Positions 1-8,474 of a DNA stretch of 44,364 nt are shown here, one piece after another (within the stretch, counting starts at the first letter, position 1; every line of letters starts with the position of its first letter). The position numbers were made by a program, and so were the translations under genes. A model generated the notes under the pieces. The model was given only the letters and a program-made list of their open reading frames with translations, did not search any database and had not been told where the DNA came from. Origin of the DNA: Intrasporangiaceae bacterium (GTDB taxonomy: Bacteria > Actinomycetota > Actinomycetes > Actinomycetales > Dermatophilaceae); assembly GCA_012518475.1 (NCBI GenBank), contig JAAYSB010000006.1, forward strand, positions 1 through 44,364. The letters run 5' to 3'.

Positions 1-1
1 G

Positions 2-256
2 GCCGGTGCTCCGATCACGACGCCGGCCCTGCTCATCAGCCTCGACGGCGACCAGCTCGGTCCGGCTGCCGGCGTCGACGGCCTGGCCGGCCTCTATGAC
101 CCGGCGACGCGGACCCGTTGGCACTACCCCGACAGCGAGGTCCCCGAGGGGGCCTCGAACGACCACGTCACGTGGGTCCGCTCACCGGCCCGGGTCGTCG
201 ACGAGATCGAGTCCTGGTGGGCGCGGTCCGGTGCCGGGTCCGCGTCCGGCGACTGA
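2..256 (+). CDS. C-terminal part of a probable alpha/beta-fold hydrolase (5' end outside window)
   Basis: Frame from nt 2 reads AGAPITTPALLISLDGDQLGP...SNDHVTWVRSPARVVDEIESWW...* with GC3-rich codons; 'P-x-L-x-I-x-x-x-x-D' plus a late His is typical of a/b hydrolase C-termini. Not in the ORF track (no start codon in window). Confidence 0.6.
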   Translation, partial: AGAPITTPALLISLDGDQLGPAAGVDGLAGLYDPATRTRWHYPDSEVPEGASNDHVTWVRSPARVVDEIESWWARSGAGSASGD

Positions 257-265
257 ATGACAGAG

Positions 266-305
266 GGGGTATGCGCCGCTCACCGAGGTGAGCAGCGCAC
301 ACCCC
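266..305. repeat. Palindromic intergenic element (GGGGTATGC...GCATACC family), possible bidirectional terminator
   Basis: ggggtatgcgccgctcacc-ga-ggtgagcagcgcacacccc: 19-bp arms with 2 mismatches, between convergent genes; ends resemble the elements at 8411 and 19918. Confidence 0.6.
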
Positions 306-331
306 GACTGTGGTTGTGTCGGTACCGCCGT

Positions 332-742
332 TCAGGCGGCCTTCGGGCGGGTGAGCTGGCCCTCCCGCGCCACCCGGCCGGCGGGGACGAACGCGTCACT
401 CTCGATCGTCGATCCGGCAACGACCTTGGCGCCGGCGCCGACCTTGACGCGCGGGCCGATGACGGCCCGCGTGCCGACCACCGCGCCGCGCCCGATGTGA
501 GCCGCGGAGCCGATGACGGCACCGTCACCGATGACGGCGTCCTCGTCGATCCACGCACCTTCACCGATCCGGACCGACCGCGCCACGCGGGCGCCGCGGT
601 CGACATAGGCGCCCGGTGCGATCCGCGAGCTGGCGTCGACGGTCGCTCCACGCTCCACGAGCCCATCGCCGTTCGGGTGGTACGCATACGTGTGCAGGGT
701 GCCGTCGTCAGCCTCGATCTCGACGTACTTCTTCCTGGGCAT
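332..742 (-). CDS. Hexapeptide-repeat (left-handed beta-helix) protein, DapH/DapD/GlmU-related
   Basis: MPRKKYVEI... followed by repeated [IV]-G-x-x-A-x hexapeptides (IGEGAW IDEDAV IGDGAV IGSAAH IGRGAV VGTRAV); GGAAGGAGG RBS just upstream of ATG at 742. Confidence 0.8.
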   Translation of the reverse strand: MPRKKYVEIEADDGTLHTYAYHPNGDGLVERGATVDASSRIAPGAYVDRGARVARSVRIGEGAWIDEDAVIGDGAVIGSAAHIGRGAVVGTRAVIGPRVKVGAGAKVVAGSTIESDAFVPAGRVAREGQLTRPKAA

Positions 743-863
743 GACTGGCCTCCTTCCGAGTTCTGGGGGCAGACCCCATACGCCTGCCTCCCTCGTGCAA
801 CGAGTCAGCCCCTGCCGAGATTCCCGCCGCCCTGTAGCCCATTCACGGCCAGGCAACCCGTAA

Positions 864-889
864 CACAACCTGGTAATTGCCAGGTTGTG
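864..889. repeat. REP-like palindrome family A, copy 1
   Basis: CACAACCTGG-TAATTG-CCAGGTTGTG; an identical 26-mer occurs at 27458-27483; lies just 3' of the arfB stop. Confidence 0.85.
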
Positions 890-897
890 GCACGGGG

Positions 898-1320
898 TCA
901 GGACCAGTCCCCGGAGCGACCCCGCTTGGTCTCGCCCCTGCGCTTCTTCTCCGCGAGCCGGCGTTCCTTCGAGCCCCGCGTGGGACGGGTGGCCCGACGC
1001 TCCCGGGCCGGTGGCGCCGCCGCCAGGGCGACGAGCTCGACGAGGCGGGCGCGGGCCGTGCGGCGGTTGGCGAGCTGGTTGCGGTGCTCCTGGCAAGCGA
1101 TCGTCAGCACGCCATCGGTGATGCGCGCGTCGAGGTTGAAGAGCATCCGCGCCCGCATCGCCTCGGTGAGGACTGCCGATCCGGCGATGTCCCAGGACAG
1201 CTCGACCCGGGAGTCCGCAGTGTTGACGCCCTGCCCACCCGGACCGGATGAGCGGGAGAAGCGTTCGCTCAGCTCCGAGGCCGGGATGACCAGCGACCGC
1301 GTCACCGCCAGGTCGTGCAT
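898..1320 (-). CDS. arfB: Alternative ribosome rescue peptidyl-tRNA hydrolase ArfB
   Basis: FSRSSGPGGQGVN (GGQ motif), basic C-tail RRATRPTRGSKERRLAEKKRRG; leaderless TAGTGT-N7-ATG supports start at 1320. Confidence 0.93.
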   Translation of the reverse strand: MHDLAVTRSLVIPASELSERFSRSSGPGGQGVNTADSRVELSWDIAGSAVLTEAMRARMLFNLDARITDGVLTIACQEHRNQLANRRTARARLVELVALAAAPPARERRATRPTRGSKERRLAEKKRRGETKRGRSGDWS

Positions 1321-1478
1321 GAGTTTCACACTAACGAGTGACGGCGACCGCGCGTCGTGGCCGTCCCGCGATCGTGGTTACCGACAGTAGGCAAGAGTGT
1401 GAGGCCGAGTCCGTTCCGGGGCGCTCGGTCTCCTCGCCCGCGGCCTGCACCCGGTCCTCACCACTGAGCCGCCTGACG

Positions 1479-2990
1479 TCACTCGGTGACGGGCTCGAGG
1501 TCGCTCGTCGCGGGGCCCTCGATGAGAGTGCCGTCCGGGGCGAAACGGGAGCCGTGCAGCGGGCAGTCCCACGACCGCTCGGCATCGTTCCAGGCGACCA
1601 CCCCGCCGAGGTGCGTGCAGACAGCGCTGAGTGCGCACGTCCGACCGTCGACGGTCGAGACCGCAGTCGGCCGCACCGGGTTGCCCTCGACCCGTCCGGC
1701 TCCTTCCCCCGGAGGGGTCTGGCCGCTCCCAGGCGCCGCGAGGCGGACCCGGTCACCGACGAGCCGGCCTCCGACTGAGGCGCCCTGGGCCGCGGTCTCG
1801 GTGATGTCGGCGGTCCGGATTCCCTTGGCGCGCAAGGCCTCTGCATAGGCGGGGGCGGAACCGAGGATGTCACCGGAGATGAGCTCGCCGGCGGCCGAGG
1901 CAAGGGCCATTCCCCACTTGTCGTATCCGGTGGCGACGAACAGCCGCTCGGCGGTCCCGGGTACCGCGCCGATGTGGGGCACCTGCGTCGTGAGGTGATA
2001 GTCCTGTGCCGACCACGACCAGGCCGGCTCGTCCACCGGCAGGTGCGACGAGGCCCACGCGTGGATCTCGTCGACGCGGGCCTGGGTCGAGCCGCCGTGA
2101 CCGACCTCGTGGCCGTTGCCCCCGACGAGGAGGAAGTCGCCCTCACCGGTGCTCGCGGTCCGCAGCGAACGGGTCGGGTCGTCGAGCGACAGTGACATGG
2201 ACTGCGGAACGTTCAAGAGGTCGGCAACCGGATACGCGAGGACATAGGACCGGTATGCCTTGATCCGGGCGAAGTCCAGGCTCCGGTCGAGCACCGGTGC
2301 CTGGGTCGCGAGAACGAGGTGCTCGGCGCGCACCTCACCCGCCGTCGTCGAGACCATCCAGGGCCGGGTGAAGGACGAGCCGGTCATCCGGATGCCCTCG
2401 ATGACACGGCCGCCGAAGGACTCCAGCTCGGCGACCAGGGCCCGCACGGTCGCGACGGGGTCGATCTGGGCCTGGTCGGGCAGGCCGATCGCGTCGAGCA
2501 CTGGGAAGGGGAGGTCGCCCTGTCCGACGTCGATGATCTCGAGGCCGGCGTCCCGGGATGCCTGTCGCTCCGCCTCGACGTCCTTGGCCCCGGACTCGGT
2601 CACCGCATACGTCATGGCCAGGCGGGTGTCGAAGGGGACGTCCCGCTCTCTGAGCAGATCGAGGAGCCACTCCTGTCCGGAACGGTTCGCAGCGATATAT
2701 GCGGCCACCGTCTCGGTCGAGGCGTGCCGAGCCAACCGCTGCAGCATCGAGCCCTGCAGGAGCGAGACCTTCGCGCTGCTGTGCCCGGTCGTGCCCGAGC
2801 CTGCCCGGCGTGCGTCGATGACCGTGGGGACCAGTCCGGCCCGGGCGAGGCGGACCGCGGTGCACAGGCCGGTCAGTCCGGCACCGACGATGAGCACCTC
2901 GACCCTCGCGGGAAGCTCACTGGGCGGGCCTGGGGTGTCGCCCGAGTTGCCCCACCACAGTGGCCGTCGGTCTGATCCTCTGATTCTCAT
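1479..2990 (-). CDS. FAD-dependent oxidoreductase with C-terminal Rieske [2Fe-2S] domain (YhfW/PuuB-like)
   Basis: IVGAGLTG FAD motif, GTTGHSSAK, ATGYDKWGM, Rieske CTHLG...WDCPLHGSRF; start chosen at MRIRGSDRRPLWW. Confidence 0.88.
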   Translation of the reverse strand: MRIRGSDRRPLWWGNSGDTPGPPSELPARVEVLIVGAGLTGLCTAVRLARAGLVPTVIDARRAGSGTTGHSSAKVSLLQGSMLQRLARHASTETVAAYIAANRSGQEWLLDLLRERDVPFDTRLAMTYAVTESGAKDVEAERQASRDAGLEIIDVGQGDLPFPVLDAIGLPDQAQIDPVATVRALVAELESFGGRVIEGIRMTGSSFTRPWMVSTTAGEVRAEHLVLATQAPVLDRSLDFARIKAYRSYVLAYPVADLLNVPQSMSLSLDDPTRSLRTASTGEGDFLLVGGNGHEVGHGGSTQARVDEIHAWASSHLPVDEPAWSWSAQDYHLTTQVPHIGAVPGTAERLFVATGYDKWGMALASAAGELISGDILGSAPAYAEALRAKGIRTADITETAAQGASVGGRLVGDRVRLAAPGSGQTPPGEGAGRVEGNPVRPTAVSTVDGRTCALSAVCTHLGGVVAWNDAERSWDCPLHGSRFAPDGTLIEGPATSDLEPVTE

Positions 2991-3044
2991 CGTTCCAGCG
3001 TCGCACCGTGACAACGGCGCTGTCAGTCGGCACCGACTGCGGTT

Positions 3045-3090
3045 CGTGGGTGGAGCTCGGGCGATCATCGTGACCCGCGCTCCACCCACG
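3045..3090. repeat. REP-like palindrome family C, copy 1
   Basis: 46 bp with perfect 12-bp terminal inverted repeats CGTGGGTGGAGC/GCTCCACCCACG; its reverse complement matches 7125-7170 at 41/46 positions. Confidence 0.85.
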
Positions 3091-3103
3091 GAATCCGACG
3101 TTG

Positions 3104-3883
3104 TCAGGTCGTCGGCTGGCGGAGCGGGATGTCGCGCAGTGTCCACCACGTTGCGACAGCCACGGCGACGATGACCACCGCCTGGAGCAGGAGTCCGAGG
3201 ATCAGGCCGGCGCCGCCGAAGAGCATCGCATTCGGCGATTCCCCGACGATCGTGATGCTTCGGGGCGTGGGAACGGCGATCATGGTGGCCGCGAACGGCA
3301 GGCCGACGGTGAGCGGGAGCAGCAGAGTGGCCCAGACGCCCAGTCGCTGGAACGTGGCGCCGACGAGGAAACCGCTCAACCCCATGACGATGAAGAGCAC
3401 CGCTGCACCCCACGCATACCCAGCGACTCCGTCATTGAGCACGGGGTTGTCTGTGCCGTCGCCGAACCCGTGGATCCAGTCCAGCCGACCGTAGACCGTT
3501 CGCTCGGCGAGAATGAGGGCCGTGCTGACCAGGGACAGGACGATCCCGACGACGACCGAGGTGAGCACGGCGGCCCTGATGAAGGACCGTCGGGTCATCC
3601 CCGCAGCGACCATGGGCCGCAGATAGGTCGTGACCATGACGATGTTCACCCCGAAGGCGATCCACATGAGGATCTGGGGCGCATACTGCAGCGCGGACAT
3701 GCTCGGCTCGACCGCGCGACTGACGATCGCGAGGATGGCGACGGCGAACACCGAGACCGTGACGATGGTCCAGAGAGCCACGACGACGTGGCTGTGGAGC
3801 ATGATCCGGGCCACGCGCAGCCACTGCGGGGGGCCGATCGCACGGGTGGAGGAACGCGAGAGGGTTGGACTGGTGGCGCTCAT
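3104..3883 (-). CDS. ABC transporter permease-like membrane protein
   Basis: About 6 hydrophobic segments; ATGA overlap with the upstream ABC ATPase; GntR-ATPase-permease order. Confidence 0.75.
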   Translation of the reverse strand: MSATSPTLSRSSTRAIGPPQWLRVARIMLHSHVVVALWTIVTVSVFAVAILAIVSRAVEPSMSALQYAPQILMWIAFGVNIVMVTTYLRPMVAAGMTRRSFIRAAVLTSVVVGIVLSLVSTALILAERTVYGRLDWIHGFGDGTDNPVLNDGVAGYAWGAAVLFIVMGLSGFLVGATFQRLGVWATLLLPLTVGLPFAATMIAVPTPRSITIVGESPNAMLFGGAGLILGLLLQAVVIVAVAVATWWTLRDIPLRQPTT

Positions 3884-4786
3884 GAGACCTTCTCCTTCGC
3901 GACGGTGGGGTCGCTGGACTCCGTGGTGGTCAGATGGATGAAGAGGTCCTGGAGGGGAACTCCGGAGACGGCCAACCCCGCGCGCTCGAGCTCGGCGGCG
4001 TGATCGGCGGCGGTGGAACCGAAGAGCGTGACCTCCCGGGTCGGGCCGAGCGATCGACCGGCGACGACGGGCAGTCCGCGGGTGGCCGACTCGACGGCAT
4101 CGGCCGGGCCGGTGATGGTCAGGCCCCGCTGACGCAGCTCCTCGGCCTCCCCCGAGAGCAGGACCCGGCCTTCGTGGAGGATCGTCACAGTCTCGAGGAG
4201 ATGCTCGACCTCGCTGATGAGGTGTGTCGAGAGGATGATGGTCCGCCCGGACTCGGCGAACTCGGCGAGAAGCAGGTCACCGAACCGCTGCCGGGAGGGA
4301 GCGTCGAGGCCGAGGTGGACCTCGTCGAACATCGTCACTGGCGCCCCCGAGGCCAGTCCGAGCGCGATCCCGACGGCGGATCGCTGTCCGCGGGAGAGCC
4401 CCCGGCTTGCGCTTGGGCGAGACCCCGAACTCAGCGAGTATCGCCTCGGCGACGGATCGGTCGAAGTGCGGTCGCAGCGTCTCGTGCACGTCGGGGGTCA
4501 CTGAGATCTTCTCGTCCGCGACCACGTCGCCGGACTCACGGATCAGGCAGACCTGCTCCATGACGGCCTCGTCCTCATAGGCGAGCCGACCCCCGACCTT
4601 CACCTCGCCGGAGGTGGGCCGCAGCATCGAGGCCACGAGGGAGAGCAGGGTCGTCTTGCCGGCTCCGTTGCGTCCGAGCAGTCCGTGGATCCGGCCGGCG
4701 CCGAGCTCCACAGAGACGTCGGTGAGTGCGCGGGTGCCGCCATAGGCGTGGGTGACGCGTTCGGTCGCCACCGTGAGGCCGGTCAT
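3880..4786 (-). pseudogene. ABC transporter ATP-binding protein, frameshifted at ~4392-4399 (pseudogene or sequencing error)
   Basis: Walker A GRNGAGKTT is in ORF 4277-4786; signature LSRGQR, Walker B MFDE, D-loop LGLD and H-loop STH continue in another frame to 3880. Span is 907 nt (=909-2). Confidence 0.85.
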
Positions 4787-5163
4787 GAGGTCCCCTCCTT
4801 GTCGAGGTGGTCGGCGTGGGTGTGGACGTATGCGGTGAGCTCGTCGGCGCGAATGCCGAGCTGCTGGGCCTCACGCAGGACAGGAGCGAGCCGCTCGCTG
4901 TAGAACGCCTCGCGTCGTTCGGCGCGGAGCCGATCCGGAGCCCCGGCAGTGACGAACATGCCGAGACCGCGGCGCTTCTCGAGGACGCCCTCAGCGACGA
5001 GCTCGGCGAAGGCCTTGGCGGCGGTCGCCGGATTGATCCGATAGGTCGTCGCGTACTGCGTCGTCGACATGACCTGGTCCCCCTCGCTCAAGGCGCCGGA
5101 GAGGATCTCGCCGCGGATTGCCTCAGCGATCTGGACGTAGATCGGGTGGCGGCTCTCGAACAT
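4783..5163 (-). CDS. GntR family transcriptional regulator, YtrA subfamily
   Basis: PIYVQIAE...INPATAAKAF...RRGLGMFV winged HTH, short C-terminal domain (126 aa total), heads an ABC operon. Confidence 0.9.
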   Translation of the reverse strand: MFESRHPIYVQIAEAIRGEILSGALSEGDQVMSTTQYATTYRINPATAAKAFAELVAEGVLEKRRGLGMFVTAGAPDRLRAERREAFYSERLAPVLREAQQLGIRADELTAYVHTHADHLDKEGTS

Positions 5164-5179
5164 GCCGGCTCCTGTCTAT

Positions 5180-5205
5180 TGGTTCATTGCACGACTAATG
5201 AACCA
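5180..5205. promoter_or_regulatory. Probable YtrA/GntR autoregulatory operator
   Basis: AT-rich perfect inverted repeat TGGTTCATT-N8-AATGAACCA 16 bp upstream of the gntR start codon. Confidence 0.7.
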
Positions 5206-5240
5206 TAGAAGTCCCGGCCCTCTCAACGCCTGTGCATGCC

Positions 5241-5376
5241 GGGTGGAGGTGCGGGGCGACAGAGGTGCGACGTGGGGAACCTCCACCCGCGGCAAGGGTG
5301 GGCTGGCCGAGGGGGAAGCCTTGGCTGGGTGGAGGCGCGCGGCGACAGAGGTGCGACGTGGGGAACCTCCACCCGC
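5241..5376. repeat. Tandem pair of 50-bp palindromic-ended repeats with a 36-bp spacer (BIME/REP-like, related to family C)
   Basis: 5241-5290 and 5327-5376 are 48/50 identical (GGGTGGAGG...GGCGACAGAGGTGCGACGTGGGGAACCTCCACCCGC); each has GGGTGGAGG/CCTCCACCC ends. Confidence 0.85.
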
Positions 5377-5418
5377 TGGGAGGGGGGCGGAGTCAGCCGA
5401 GGGAGCGGTGTGTCTACG

Positions 5419-5584
5419 TCAGTCGTCGCTGATCGAGAAGGTCGCGCCCCCGTGCACCCCGCCATTGGTATCGGTATGCGTCGCGTCCGTCGTCACCGCC
5501 AGCCCGGCATCGTGGCCGGACCGGCCGGTCTCGGTGGTCGACCCGTGGATGCCGAGGTGCTCGAGGAACCCGCCCAAGGCTCAT
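5419..5584 (-). pseudogene. Truncated PaaI/hotdog-fold thioesterase remnant
   Basis: Frame from 5577 reads LGGFLEHLGI...THTDTNGGVHGGATFSISDD*, containing the PaaI-type GxxHGG-x3-S-x2-D motif, but it stops after ~52 aa; the ATG at 5584 (ATGA overlap with the upstream gene) is out of frame by one base. Confidence 0.55.
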
Positions 5585-6093
5585 CGCGGACCCTCCCCGG
5601 GACGCAGCGCTTGGCCGCGGATCTCGGCGTGCAAGGACTCGAGGACCTTGCTCTGCTCACCGGCCTGTCGCGCCAGCTGCTCGAACTCCCGCGCGTCCAG
5701 GCCCAGCTCGTCGGAGTACTCGACGAGGGTCTCCCAGAGACCCTGCTTGCCGTTGACCGCTGAGCGGAGCAGCTCGAGCTCGAGCAGCGGCGTCATGGGG
5801 GAACCGGAGCAGAGGCGGCCGTTCGGCTTCAGGCGGCCCACGGCCTCGCCGAGCTGGGCCAGGAGGACCTTCGGAAGAGGCTGGGTCAGGCCGAGGTCGT
5901 CGATGAGAGCGGCCAGCCGCCCGTGCTCCTCGTCGATCTCTCCTGCCACCCGGGTGAGATCGGGGGAGAGAGGGCTGCTGGCATACCACTGCGCCATCTT
6001 CTTGCTGCGGGCGCGGCCGGCCGTGGCGCCGGTGAGGTGGTCGGACAGATAGGTCTGGAGCAGAGCGCGGTCGATCGTCGAGGGAATTGCCAT
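5581..6093 (-). CDS. Conserved actinobacterial helical hypothetical protein (possibly ferritin-like)
   Basis: YLSDHLTGATAG...EIDEEH...LELELLRSAVNGKQGLW; leaderless TACGGT-N6-ATG; strong GC3 bias. Confidence 0.75.
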   Translation of the reverse strand: MAIPSTIDRALLQTYLSDHLTGATAGRARSKKMAQWYASSPLSPDLTRVAGEIDEEHGRLAALIDDLGLTQPLPKVLLAQLGEAVGRLKPNGRLCSGSPMTPLLELELLRSAVNGKQGLWETLVEYSDELGLDAREFEQLARQAGEQSKVLESLHAEIRGQALRPGEGPR

Positions 6094-6339
6094 GTCTCGA
6101 CCGTAGGCCCTGTCCGTGCCGTGCTGCCCACCCTCGGGGGTGGGAGTCAGTGCCCTGCCTCCTCCGCCCCCGCCTGGAAGACCGGGAGATCAGCTGAGGC
6201 CGATCCGGACTCAGCTGCCGAGGTGTGGACCGATCGCAGGATGCACTCCTGGTTACTGACTGGTGCTTCCCAGCCTGATCGAACGCCGCCTCGGGCACAT
6301 CGGGTTCAACCCCTGATCGCACCCGTGGGGGCAGGTCCG

Positions 6340-7098
6340 TCACACGGACGTGCTCGACCACTTCTCCAGGACGGCGTCGGCGAACGCGGCGTGCAGCGTC
6401 GTGCTCGGGTGGAAGCCGTCCCCGGCGAACATCTCCGCGGCCAGCGGTCCGTCCGCGTCGATGCGGAACGCCCGCTCGCGCTCCTCGATGAGCGCGGTGC
6501 TGATGACGTTGAAGGCCCGTCCCCGCCACCCCAGTCCGTCGGCGAGGGGGCGGGGAAACGCAGGAAAGTGTTCCAGCGGCGGGATCCCGAGCAGGCAGAC
6601 GCGGGCAGTGGGGGCCGCCGCGAGGACGGCGTCGAGCAGGGCAGTGAACTCACGGCGGAACCGCGCCGCGCTGTGCAGGTTCTTCAGGTCGTTGACCCCG
6701 ACGGAGAGGAAGACCAGATCGGCATCGTGCAGCACCGTCTCGTCGACGAGCTCGATCGCCGTCCCGGCCGTTGCTCCGGTGCGGGCGCACGCGACCCACT
6801 CGACGGTCGCCCTGTGATGGCGGGCCAGCCGCTCCGCGAGCTGCCCGGCGACGCTCGAGCGGTGGTGGTCGATCGCGTACCCCGCGGTGACGCTGTCGCC
6901 GAGGGCGACGACCTTCATCCGGCGCTCTCCGTCGCCGACCTCACCGATGGTCCCCTCCGCGTCGCCGAACCGGGGGATCGTCCGGATGAGGCGATATCCC
7001 TGGAGCGGCATGACCGGAGCACCGAGGACCCACCACGGCACCTGGCTGGGCAGGTGCTCGCGGGCCCGGGACAGGCGCGAGAGGTCGGGGCGGCGCAT
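6340..7098 (-). CDS. SGNH/GDSL hydrolase family protein
   Basis: Blocks ALGDS, TGA, GVND, DGFHP; leaderless TACGAT-N6-ATG at 7098. Confidence 0.9.
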   Translation of the reverse strand: MRRPDLSRLSRAREHLPSQVPWWVLGAPVMPLQGYRLIRTIPRFGDAEGTIGEVGDGERRMKVVALGDSVTAGYAIDHHRSSVAGQLAERLARHHRATVEWVACARTGATAGTAIELVDETVLHDADLVFLSVGVNDLKNLHSAARFRREFTALLDAVLAAAPTARVCLLGIPPLEHFPAFPRPLADGLGWRGRAFNVISTALIEERERAFRIDADGPLAAEMFAGDGFHPSTTLHAAFADAVLEKWSSTSV

Positions 7099-7124
7099 GT
7101 GCCGATCGTAGGCGGCGCTGACTT

Positions 7125-7170
7125 CGTGGGTGGAGTGCGGGTGACGATGGTCGCCCGACGTCCACCCACG
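7125..7170. repeat. REP-like palindrome family C, copy 2
   Basis: CGTGGGTGGA...TCCACCCACG, 46 bp, inverted relative to 3045-3090 (41/46 identity); just 3' of the aminotransferase stop. Confidence 0.85.
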
Positions 7171-7187
7171 AGGTGGGGGATGGATGG

Positions 7188-8375
7188 TCAGGCGAAGGTC
7201 GCCAGCCGGTCCATGGCCTCGTTCATCTCGTCCGTTGCGCCGGCGAGACTGATGCGGACCCAGCGGTTCCCGTCGAGCGACGTGTCCAGGCCGGTTCCCG
7301 GGGCGAAGTCCACCCCGGGCGTCAGGGCCACGCCTGTCGCGGCAAGCACCTCGTCGCACCAGCGAGTCGAGTCGTTGGTGAGGTGCGATACGTCCGCATA
7401 CGCATAGAACGCGCCGTCCGCCGGCGCCCAGCGGGAGATTCCCAGCTCGGGGAGACGGGACAGGATCACGTCCCGGTTCGCCGCATACCGCTGCACGTGG
7501 CCCTCGAGCTCAGGACGAGCCTGCGGGCCGAGGGCCGCGGTCGCGGCGACCTGGGAGATGGCCGGTGCGCAGATGTTGAGGTTGCCGAGGAGCAGCTCGA
7601 TCGGCCGGACCAGGTGCTCGGGCAGGACGAGCCAGCCGACGCGCCAGCCGGTCATCGAGAAGTACTTGCTCATCGACCCCACGAGAACTCCGGAGCGGGA
7701 CGTCGCCCACGCCGAGGTGGCCGGTTCGCCGAACGTCACGCCGTGATAGATCTCGTCGCTGACGAGGAGCACGTCCTGCTCCGCACACCACCGGGCGATC
7801 GCGGCGAGCTCGTCGGCAGCGATGACCGTCCCGGTCGGGTTGGCCGGGGAGGCGATGATGAGGCCCGCGGGTGGTCCGCCGTTCACCGCCGACCACTGCT
7901 CGAGCATCGCCAGCGTTGGCTGGAACCGCACCTCCGGGCCGCACTCGAGCTCGACCGCGCGGCAGCCCAGGGCCTGGAGCGTGTTCCGATAGGCCGGATA
8001 GCCGGGCCGAGTCATGAGCACGACGTCGCCAGGATCGAAGGCTGCGAGGAACAGCGCCGTGAAGCCCGCGGACGAGCCGGTGGTGATGGCAATGGCATTC
8101 GGGTCGATGTCGAGTGCATACCAGTCGGCGTAGTGCTCAGCGATGGCTTGCTGCAGCGCAGGGATCCCCATGGCGGGGGTGTATCCGAGGACTGCCCCGT
8201 CCGCCATCGCTGCAGCAGCCGCCTCCCGTGCCACCGCGGGCGCGGGGGTGCTCGGCTGCCCGGCACACATCGTGATGACATCGCCGTGCGACACCTGTCG
8301 CTCGTGGGCCGCCTTGAGCAGCTCCATGACGTGGAAGGGCTCGACGCGGCCGCGCGCGGAGACTCGGGCACTCAT
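7188..8375 (-). CDS. PLP-dependent aminotransferase class I/II (aspartate aminotransferase-like)
   Basis: [28 protein letters not shown] (PLP lysine), GAFY. Confidence 0.92.
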   Translation of the reverse strand: MSARVSARGRVEPFHVMELLKAAHERQVSHGDVITMCAGQPSTPAPAVAREAAAAAMADGAVLGYTPAMGIPALQQAIAEHYADWYALDIDPNAIAITTGSSAGFTALFLAAFDPGDVVLMTRPGYPAYRNTLQALGCRAVELECGPEVRFQPTLAMLEQWSAVNGGPPAGLIIASPANPTGTVIAADELAAIARWCAEQDVLLVSDEIYHGVTFGEPATSAWATSRSGVLVGSMSKYFSMTGWRVGWLVLPEHLVRPIELLLGNLNICAPAISQVAATAALGPQARPELEGHVQRYAANRDVILSRLPELGISRWAPADGAFYAYADVSHLTNDSTRWCDEVLAATGVALTPGVDFAPGTGLDTSLDGNRWVRISLAGATDEMNEAMDRLATFA

Positions 8376-8410
8376 ACCCTCATCCTGCACCGTCCGGAAG
8401 GGACCCATGG

Positions 8411-8445
8411 GGTATGCGTCACGGACCGGGTGCGCGTCGCATACC
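8411..8445. repeat. Palindromic intergenic element (GGTATGC...GCATACC family)
   Basis: ggtatgcg...ccgggtgcgcgtcgcatacc; the right half is nearly identical to 19918-19953; lies between divergent genes. Confidence 0.65.
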
Positions 8446-8474
8446 TGCTCCCCGGTCCTGACATGATCAAGGCC

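Noticed and set aside
5241-5376. CRISPR array
   Set aside because: Only two repeats, 50 bp long, no AT-rich leader, no cas genes, and the ends are shared with dispersed family C elements.
7173-8474. 793-aa fusion ORF extending cds1 upstream
   Set aside because: The N-terminal part is the antisense shadow of the aminotransferase; family motifs begin only after ~8475.
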